Shown piece after piece: positions 57,272-64,000 of a stretch of DNA of 64,000 bases (position 1 is its first letter; each line of letters starts with the position of its first letter). The DNA lies in contig CAIZDL010000192.1 in NCBI GenBank assembly GCA_903931735.1, forward strand, positions 18,608-82,607, given 5' to 3'. The position numbers were made by a program, and so were the translations under genes. The notes under the pieces were generated by a model. The model worked only from the letters and a program-made list of their open reading frames with translations, was not told where the DNA came from and made no database searches. The stretch is from an uncultured Rhodospirillales bacterium (GTDB taxonomy: Bacteria > Pseudomonadota > Alphaproteobacteria > Azospirillales > Azospirillaceae).

Positions 57272-59632
57272 TCAGTGTAAGGTGTCGGCCACCAAAACTC
57301 GCTCCTTGGGAAACCCGGCAACCACGGTGGTCCCAACCGGAGACGTGTTTTCAATAATCAAGGAGCCACCATGAAGCTCCATCAACCAGCGACAAATCGG
57401 CAGACCGAGACCAATACCCCGGCCCTTATTGGCTTTAAAAGCATCGGCATGATGGAACGGATCGAGCACATGATCGATCATATCGGGAGCAATCCCCCGC
57501 CCGGTATCCACCACCGCGAGCAAGAGCCGGCCATCGAGCGAGCGCTCAGCGCTGACCCGAACCGACCCACCGCGCGGCGTGAACTTAACCGCGTTGCTGA
57601 CCAAATTGATCAACACCTGCCGGATCGCCCGCGCATCGCCGCGCAACTTAGGCAGCGACTCGGCAACGCCCTCGGTCAGCACAATACCGCTGTCATCGGC
57701 GCGCGGACGCAACATGGCAAGAGCGCCAGCAACCGCGCTGTGCAAGTCGACAACGCCATCCGAAAGGGTAAACTTGCCAAGTTGCAGCCGGGAAACATCG
57801 AGCAAATCATCGATAATGCCGATTAACTGTCGGCCGCTGTCATTGATATTCCGGGCATAGTCAAGATAAACCGCCGACAATGCCCCCATCATTTCTTGCC
57901 GCATCATATCGGAAAACCCGATAATCGCGTTAAGCGGCGTCCGCAACTCGTGGCTCATATGGGCAAGGAACTGGGTTTTTGCCTGATTCGCGGCCTCGGC
58001 ATCGAGCTTGGCGGACCGGAGGGCGGCGTGCGCCTCCTTGCGCTCGGTGATATCGGCAACGGCGGCGATAAACAGCGGGCCGTCCGGCCGATCCAACAAG
58101 CTCACGGCGATTTCCAGAGCAAACTCGGTGCCATCCTTCCGCCGGGCAACCACCTCGCGCCGCTGCGCAAGGCCACCAAGATCGCGCCTGCGGGCGCAAC
58201 CGGCCAACGCATCGCCATGACCACCCCGAGTAGCCGGCGGCATCAGCATGGTCACGTTCTGACCAATCATTTCGGCGACCTCGAAGCCAAAAATACGTCC
58301 GGCGGCGGCGTTCACCGTCTCCATCCGGCCGCCCTGGTCGATGGCGATAATGCCCTCTGCGGCAGCCGCCAGAATCGCGGCATTGCGTTCCTGGCTCTCG
58401 CGCAAGGCCGCTGCTGCCGCCCGGCGCTCGCTCAGATCGCGCACGGTGCCAATCACCAAATGCTGGTCGCCGCTGGCGTCCGCAGGCAATTCCGTGAGCA
58501 CCAACTCAATGGGGATTTCGCGGCCACTGCGGTGAAGCCCAAAATATTCCCGAACCTCGCCCGCCCGATTGCGCAGACTGTCGCCCTTCAGCCCGGGAAT
58601 GAGCACCGCCACCGGCCAGCCCACCACCTCGGATTCATGATACCCAAAAATACGTTCCGCCGCCCGGTTAAGCCCCTGAAGGCCGCACCCCTCATCGATG
58701 GTCACCAAACCATCGACGGTTGCATCGAGAATGCCCCGCTGATGCGCGGCGGCGGCAGTGGCCAAACGCTCCTTTTCAGCGCGGGCCAGCGCCGTGCTAT
58801 AACTTTGATACCGAAGCAGCCAAGCATAAATCAGCGCCACCACGGCCAGGGCAAGAACAACCAACCCATAAAGCACAAGATTCTGCCGCCATGAGGCAAG
58901 AATGGTGTCGACCGACATGCCGACCGCAACCACCAACGGATCACCATCCACCGGCCGCACCGCCACCAATCGCTCGCCCGCCCCATCGGGATCGATTTGC
59001 CGCACCAATTGCGCCGCGCGCCGACCGGGGGGCAATGCCAACACGCCGCCAGCGGTCCCCTGGGGCACGACCGCCAATATCCGGCCATTATCCTGCGCCA
59101 GCCACGCCCGCCCCCCATCCCCCAAGGGCAGGGCCGCCAAAATATCGGCGACTGGCGCCGCCAACACGCCGATCACCGCAGAGCCGAGTTGAACGCCATC
59201 CGCGCCAACCAACGGCCGCGCAGTGACGATGATATCCCCCCCACGCCCCGCCAAAGGGTCACCCACGCGCGCCACCGACTGCGCCTCGCGTCCCTTCAGG
59301 TCGACCAGCACCAGCGAATTCAAATCAGGATAAGCAGCCAGACGATCAAGCAACACCGGCTGCAACCCAATATCGCCAACCTCATGCCCGGCCAGTAACA
59401 CTTCGAGGTCACGCGCCAGCATTCCAGCGCCGCGCAGGCTGCCGACCACCTGCAATTCGGCGGTCCGGGCCAGGGCCATCGCCTGCTTGCCAGCCTCGAC
59501 CAACACCGTCTGGCGCACCGCAAACATCTGCCACCCAAACAACGCAGCCATCGCCACCACCACCAGGGCGGTTGCAAGGCGCGCATCGATCGGCTTGAGC
59601 CTGCTCATGGAGGTTGGGATGTCCCCGGCCAT
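57272..59632 (-). CDS. Sensor histidine kinase: periplasmic sensor domain, two PAS domains, HisKA, HATPase
   Basis: There are two TM helices. PAS-like segments are DATVDGLVTIDE... and AEGIIAIDQGG.... The H-box is FLAHMSHELRTPLNAI. The N/G boxes are NLVSNAVKFTP and DTGRGI...GIGLGL. Confidence 0.85.
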   Translation of the reverse strand: MAGDIPTSMSRLKPIDARLATALVVVAMAALFGWQMFAVRQTVLVEAGKQAMALARTAELQVVGSLRGAGMLARDLEVLLAGHEVGDIGLQPVLLDRLAAYPDLNSLVLVDLKGREAQSVARVGDPLAGRGGDIIVTARPLVGADGVQLGSAVIGVLAAPVADILAALPLGDGGRAWLAQDNGRILAVVPQGTAGGVLALPPGRRAAQLVRQIDPDGAGERLVAVRPVDGDPLVVAVGMSVDTILASWRQNLVLYGLVVLALAVVALIYAWLLRYQSYSTALARAEKERLATAAAAHQRGILDATVDGLVTIDEGCGLQGLNRAAERIFGYHESEVVGWPVAVLIPGLKGDSLRNRAGEVREYFGLHRSGREIPIELVLTELPADASGDQHLVIGTVRDLSERRAAAAALRESQERNAAILAAAAEGIIAIDQGGRMETVNAAAGRIFGFEVAEMIGQNVTMLMPPATRGGHGDALAGCARRRDLGGLAQRREVVARRKDGTEFALEIAVSLLDRPDGPLFIAAVADITERKEAHAALRSAKLDAEAANQAKTQFLAHMSHELRTPLNAIIGFSDMMRQEMMGALSAVYLDYARNINDSGRQLIGIIDDLLDVSRLQLGKFTLSDGVVDLHSAVAGALAMLRPRADDSGIVLTEGVAESLPKLRGDARAIRQVLINLVSNAVKFTPRGGSVRVSAERSLDGRLLLAVVDTGRGIAPDMIDHVLDPFHHADAFKANKGRGIGLGLPICRWLMELHGGSLIIENTSPVGTTVVAGFPKERVLVADTLH

Positions 59633-59824
59633 ATTCAGAGTGCACTATAACCGGACATGCCATCCGGACGCGACGCCGCAATTGGAGAGCAGCACCGAAT
59701 CTCACAAATCGCTCGGCTCCCCCAAAGCCACTAAACCTAATCCTCAGTTCCTGAACAAAATATTGACGGGTACAATTTGTCGCAGCGAATATTTTGCCGC
59801 ACACTCACCGCCGCTTTGGCTAAA

Positions 59825-60151
59825 TCAGCCTTTCAAGGCCGCCTTCAGATCGCGATAGGCGGAGGCAGTCAGGGGAATCGGCACACCACCTTCCCCCGCC
59901 CGCTCCAAAAAAGCCCGATCGGCGGGGGGGATGCAGGCATAGATATTTTCGAGCGCCGCCCGCATAACACGCAGCCGCTCGATCAACCCGCCATCTTCAA
60001 CATAGGCCGAAAGAATCTGGGCCTGAACCAACGACTCGAGGGCCGACAGCAAGCCCTCGTTCGAGCGGTCCCGCACCGCCCTCCCCACGTTTTCACGCGC
60101 GCCCTCAAGCCGGGCCTTGATCCCCGCAACATCGACCGGCTTGATTGCCAT
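59825..60151 (-). CDS. Hypothetical helical protein (108 aa) downstream of lpdA
   Basis: The ORF starts 13 nt after the lpdA stop on the same strand. I recognise no domain. The call rests on position and ORF integrity only. Confidence 0.45.
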   Translation of the reverse strand: MAIKPVDVAGIKARLEGARENVGRAVRDRSNEGLLSALESLVQAQILSAYVEDGGLIERLRVMRAALENIYACIPPADRAFLERAGEGGVPIPLTASAYRDLKAALKG

Positions 60152-60164
60152 GGAGTTAAGCCAT

Positions 60165-61550
60165 TCAAATGTGGATCGCGCGCCCGTACGCCGCGAGCAC
60201 CGACTCGTGCATCATCTCAGAAAGGGTTGGATGCGGGAACACCGTATGCATCAACTCGTCCTCAGTCGTCTCAAGTGTACGTGCCACCGTGTATCCTTGG
60301 ATCATCTCCGTCACTTCGGCGCCGATCATGTGTGCGCCCAACAGTTCTCCGGTTGCGGCGTCAAACACCGTTTTGACCAACCCCTCGGGCTCACCGAGGG
60401 CAATCGCTTTGCCATTGCCGACAAACGGAAACCGGCCAACCCGGACGCTATACCCCAGCGCCTTGGCCTTCGCCTCGGTCAGGCCAACACTGGCCACCTG
60501 GGGCGTCGCATAGGTACAGCCGGGAATATTGCGCGGGTCCAGCGGGTGTACGCCCGGCACACCGGCAATTTTCTCGACGCAAATCACCGCCTCATGGCTC
60601 GCCTTATGAGCGAGCCAGGGCGCGCCCGCGACATCCCCGATCGCATAAACCCCCGGCTCGTCGGTCTGGCACCATTGGTCGGTGATGATGTGCGTTTTTT
60701 CCACCCGCACCTTTGTGGCCTCAAGCCCAATGTCCTCAACGTTTCCAACGATGCCCAGCGCCAAAATCACCCGGTCGAAAGTGAGCGTTTCACTTTTTCC
60801 GCCCGCTTCCAGTGTGGTGGTAACGCTCGAAGCACCAGCCTGAAGAGGGCCGACCTTGGCCCCGGTCACGATACGCATCCCTTGCTTTTCAAAGGACTTG
60901 CGTGCCAACGCCGAAATTTCCTCGTCTTCGACCGGAAGAACCCGGTCCAACACCTCGGCCACAGTAACGCTGGTGCCAAGCGCATTGTAAAAACTGGCAA
61001 ATTCAATGCCAATCGCCCCAGAGCCGACCACCAGCAAAGATTTCGGCAGCGCCGTCGGCACCATCGCTTCTTTATAGGTCCAGATCAGCTTGCCGTCGGG
61101 AACCAACCCGGGAAACGACCGCGCGCGCGCGCCTGTGGCCAAAATAATGTGCTTGGCCGCATAGGTCGCATCGCCGACCCGCACCTTGCCCACGCCCGCC
61201 AGCTTGGCGCTACCATCAATGATGGTGACCTTGTTCTTCTTGAGGAGGTGCTTTACGCCACCCGCGAGCTGACCCGCGACCCCCCGCGACCGCTTTACCA
61301 CCTTAGCAAGATCCACTCGGGGGTTATCGGCTCCGACCCCATACGCATCGAGGTGATGCAGGAGTCGATAGATCTCCGCCGAGCGCAACAACGCCTTGGT
61401 CGGAATACAACCCCAATTCAGGCAAATACCGCCAAGATGTTCCCGCTCGATCAGCGCCGTATTCAACCCCAACTGCGCGGCCCGGATCGCCGCGACATAC
61501 CCGCCCGGACCGCCCCCAACCACGATGATATCAAACTGCTTATCGGCCAT
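60165..61550 (-). CDS. lpdA: Dihydrolipoyl dehydrogenase (E3)
   Basis: The ATG at 61550 gives MADKQFDIIVVGGGPGGYVAA. The redox disulfide is GGICLNWGCIPTK. The C-terminal motif is HPTLSE. Confidence 0.95.
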   Translation of the reverse strand: MADKQFDIIVVGGGPGGYVAAIRAAQLGLNTALIEREHLGGICLNWGCIPTKALLRSAEIYRLLHHLDAYGVGADNPRVDLAKVVKRSRGVAGQLAGGVKHLLKKNKVTIIDGSAKLAGVGKVRVGDATYAAKHIILATGARARSFPGLVPDGKLIWTYKEAMVPTALPKSLLVVGSGAIGIEFASFYNALGTSVTVAEVLDRVLPVEDEEISALARKSFEKQGMRIVTGAKVGPLQAGASSVTTTLEAGGKSETLTFDRVILALGIVGNVEDIGLEATKVRVEKTHIITDQWCQTDEPGVYAIGDVAGAPWLAHKASHEAVICVEKIAGVPGVHPLDPRNIPGCTYATPQVASVGLTEAKAKALGYSVRVGRFPFVGNGKAIALGEPEGLVKTVFDAATGELLGAHMIGAEVTEMIQGYTVARTLETTEDELMHTVFPHPTLSEMMHESVLAAYGRAIHI

Positions 61551-61577
61551 GGATTTGGTCTCCTTCAGCCGCAATTT

Positions 61578-62855
61578 TCACAACAACATCAACATCGGCT
61601 CTTCGAGCAACGTCTTGAAGGCTGCCAAGAACTGCGCCCCAACCGCCCCATCAACCACACGATGATCTACCGAGAGGGTACAGGTCATCACCGTTGCGAT
61701 AGCAAGAGCACCATCGCGGACCACGGCGCGTTGTTCGCCGGCCGCAACCGCCAAAATACAAGCCTGGGGCGGGTTTATGATCGCGGAAAAAGCGCTAACC
61801 CCAAACATCCCAAGGTTCGAGATTGTAAACGTCCCGCCCTGAAACTCTTCAGGCTTCAGCTTGCCGTCGCGGGCGCGCCCGGCCAACTCCTTCATTTCAG
61901 TGGAAATTGCCGCCAAGCCCTTGGTATCGGCCGCCTTGATGATCGGGGTGATCAAACCGGCCGGCGTTGCCACCGCCACCGACACGTCCACCTGATCGTA
62001 CAGCAACACATTTTCCTCGGTCCACGCGCTGTTTGCGGCCGGAACCTTACGCAACGCCAGAGATACCGCCCGGATGACGAAATCGTTGACCGAAAGCTTG
62101 TAGCCATCTGATTTCGCGTTCAAACCCGCGCGAACTTTAAGTAACGCTTCAAGATCGACGTCGACGCTCAGATAAAAGTGCGGGATCGTCTGCTTAGCCT
62201 CTGTCAAACGACGGGCAATCACCTTCCGCATCCCGCTATTCGCCTGTAAGCGGTATTTAAGCCCGAACGTATCAGACCACGCGCGCGCATCCACCCCGGC
62301 GCTCGCCTTTGGCGCTGCAACCGCCGATGCCGGAGGCGCCACCCCTGAAACGGGAGCCGGACCAGCGACGTCCCCTGCCACCGCCCTTTGCACCGGGCCA
62401 CGGGCCAGCACCTCGACCACATCGTGCTTGATAATCCGTCCGCGCGGCCCCGAGCCGGTAACGCCCGCCAAATCGAGGCCCGCCGCCGCTGCCAACCGCT
62501 TAGCCAACGGACTTGCCACGACACGCGATGACGCACGGGAGACCGGCGCCGGAGCAGGCACCGCCACCGCTGGCTTTATCGCCACAACCGGCGCGCGTTC
62601 ACCCTCCGCCTCCCCCTCTGCCCGCAGCAGAGCGATCGGGGCATTGACCTTCACGCCCTTACTGCCGCCTGGGACAAGGATTTGCAGAAGAACACCCTCG
62701 TCTACCGCCTCGACCTCCATAGTTGCTTTATCGGTTTCGATTTCACAAATGGCCTCACCGGCCTTAATGGAATCGCCCTCTTTTTTCAACCACTTGGCTA
62801 GGTTACCCTCAGTCATGGTCGGCGAGAGGGCCGGCATCAGAATATCGATCGGCAT
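61578..62855 (-). CDS. pdhC: Pyruvate dehydrogenase E2, dihydrolipoyllysine-residue acetyltransferase
   Basis: The lipoyl domain has [13 protein letters not shown]. The E3-binding domain is [15 protein letters not shown]. The catalytic motif is [10 protein letters not shown]. Confidence 0.92.
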   Translation of the reverse strand: MPIDILMPALSPTMTEGNLAKWLKKEGDSIKAGEAICEIETDKATMEVEAVDEGVLLQILVPGGSKGVKVNAPIALLRAEGEAEGERAPVVAIKPAVAVPAPAPVSRASSRVVASPLAKRLAAAAGLDLAGVTGSGPRGRIIKHDVVEVLARGPVQRAVAGDVAGPAPVSGVAPPASAVAAPKASAGVDARAWSDTFGLKYRLQANSGMRKVIARRLTEAKQTIPHFYLSVDVDLEALLKVRAGLNAKSDGYKLSVNDFVIRAVSLALRKVPAANSAWTEENVLLYDQVDVSVAVATPAGLITPIIKAADTKGLAAISTEMKELAGRARDGKLKPEEFQGGTFTISNLGMFGVSAFSAIINPPQACILAVAAGEQRAVVRDGALAIATVMTCTLSVDHRVVDGAVGAQFLAAFKTLLEEPMLMLL

Positions 62856-62883
62856 GGATGCGTTCCCGTTTCACTGATGGCGG

Positions 62884-64000
62884 TTAGCTGCGATAGCAGA
62901 CCGATTTTGCGGCATCGACAATCGCCTCGGGCTGCGGCAGGGCCAGTTGCTCCAGGTTGGCGGCGTAAGGCAACGGCACATCCGCGCCGCACACCCGAAC
63001 CACGGGCGCATCAAGGTCGTCGAACGCACGCTCCATCACCAAAGCTGCGATCTCCGCGCCAATGCCGGCGTAGCCCCACCCCTCTTCGACCGTCACCAAC
63101 CGGTTGGTCTTTTTCAGCGACGCCAAAATGGTTTCGGTGTCAAGCGGCCGCAACGACCGCAAGTTGATGACTTCAGCCTCAATGCCCATTGCCGCCAACG
63201 TCTCGGCCGCGGTCAGCGCATGACCAACCATCCGCGAAAACGCAGTAATCGTCACATCGCGCCCAGCCCGTTCGATCCGCGCCTTGCCGATCGGCAACAC
63301 GAATTCCGGGTCGTCTGGCACATCGAACGACTGCCCGTACATGATCTCATTTTCAAGGAAGATCACCGGGTTAGGGTCACGAATCGCAGCCTTCAATAAG
63401 CCTTTGGCATCTGCTGCAGACCAAGGCGCAACCACTTTCAACCCAGGGCAATGAGCATACCAAGAGGCATAGCATTGGGAATGCTGGGCGCCGACCCGTG
63501 CCGCCGCGCCGTTTGGCCCCCGAAACACAATCGGACACCCCATCTGGCCGCCTGACATGTAAAGCGTCTTTGCGGCCGAGTTAATAATGTGATCGATAGC
63601 CTGCATCGAAAAGTTAAATGTCATAAACTCGACGATCGGTTTCAATCCACCAAAGGCCGCACCAACGGCCAAGCCTGCAAAGCCATGCTCCGTAATGGGC
63701 GTATCAATAACGCGGCTGGCGCCAAACTCTTGCAACAAGCCCTGCGTCACTTTATAGGCACCTTGATACTCGGCAACTTCTTCCCCCATCACGAAAACGC
63801 CGGGGTCGCGCCGCATCTCTTCAGCCATCGCATCCCGAAGTGCATCGCGAACGGTACGCCGGGACGCCTTGGCGAAGAATTTCGCCTCGTCATCAACCCT
63901 CGGCGCTACCGTCACCGGGGGGGCCTTCGCTGGTGGGGTTGGGGCCGCTGCCACGGCGACCGGAATGCCAACCGGAGCACCCTGCGTCGCGCTTCCGGCA
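62884..64000 (-). CDS. pdhB: Pyruvate dehydrogenase E1 beta subunit (partial; the frame stays open to the right edge)
   Basis: [37 protein letters not shown] and the transketolase-like Pyr/C-terminal domains. Upstream of the GTG at 63954 the frame continues as a Pro/Ala linker ([21 protein letters not shown]). This suggests the N-terminal lipoyl domain typical of alphaproteobacterial PdhB lies outside the window. Confidence 0.9.
   Translation of the reverse strand, partial: AGSATQGAPVGIPVAVAAAPTPPAKAPPVTVAPRVDDEAKFFAKASRRTVRDALRDAMAEEMRRDPGVFVMGEEVAEYQGAYKVTQGLLQEFGASRVIDTPITEHGFAGLAVGAAFGGLKPIVEFMTFNFSMQAIDHIINSAAKTLYMSGGQMGCPIVFRGPNGAAARVGAQHSQCYASWYAHCPGLKVVAPWSAADAKGLLKAAIRDPNPVIFLENEIMYGQSFDVPDDPEFVLPIGKARIERAGRDVTITAFSRMVGHALTAAETLAAMGIEAEVINLRSLRPLDTETILASLKKTNRLVTVEEGWGYAGIGAEIAALVMERAFDDLDAPVVRVCGADVPLPYAANLEQLALPQPEAIVDAAKSVCYRS

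Noticed and set aside
57896-58894. 332-aa plus-strand ORF
   Set aside because: It is antisense to the PAS/HisKA histidine kinase gene. This is a shadow ORF.
60117-62111. 664-aa plus-strand ORF
   Set aside because: It is antisense to lpdA and pdhC, both of which have unmistakable motifs. The translation is Arg-rich with no domain signatures.

Overview
This is a high-GC, densely coding chromosomal segment. The gene order looks alphaproteobacterial: STAS-cheY-cheA, trpBA-accD-folC, efp-suhB, and pdhB-pdhC-lpdA, with pdhB continuing upstream as a linker that suggests an N-terminal lipoyl domain. A Rhodospirillales-like origin is only an inference. I support about 60 CDS and one tRNA-Gln(UUG). 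I found no rRNA, CRISPR array, transposase or integrase.

Most of the window is housekeeping or metabolic:
- chemotaxis operon end
- NAD-dependent formate dehydrogenase locus with three tandem MoeA paralogs and fdhD
- NatAB-like ABC exporter
- phbB, ligA, nadE, trpBA, accD, folC, efp, suhB, parE, malQ
- the pyruvate dehydrogenase genes

The accessory part is about 1.5-14 kb. It holds two tandem signal-peptide-bearing caspase-fold (C14) proteins, WD40-C14 and C14-DUF4384-like. Next to them is a seven-gene minus-strand operon encoding several small secreted Asn/Thr/Gly-rich beta-solenoid-like repeat proteins, an OmpA-like protein, an HExxH protein, and a lipoprotein that fuses a CsgG-like domain to a peptidoglycan-binding domain and a second DUF4384-like domain. 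I consider this locus the best candidate for an undescribed envelope secretion or fibre-assembly system coupled to exported caspase-like proteases.

Other items worth follow-up:
- a ~1 kb two-gene insertion, whose low-GC second gene carries an RNHIVH HEPN-type motif, translationally coupled inside the conserved trpA-accD junction
- a Braun-lipoprotein-like 73-aa lipoprotein ending in RK, convergent with a LysM-YkuD L,D-transpeptidase
- a non-flagellar MotA/MotB-like stator module with long coiled coils
- an FdsA split into two ATGA-coupled polypeptides
- a 14-bp x4 tandem repeat in the fdh promoter region
- three single-domain hemerythrin genes

All domain calls come from motif recognition by eye. 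None has been checked against a database.
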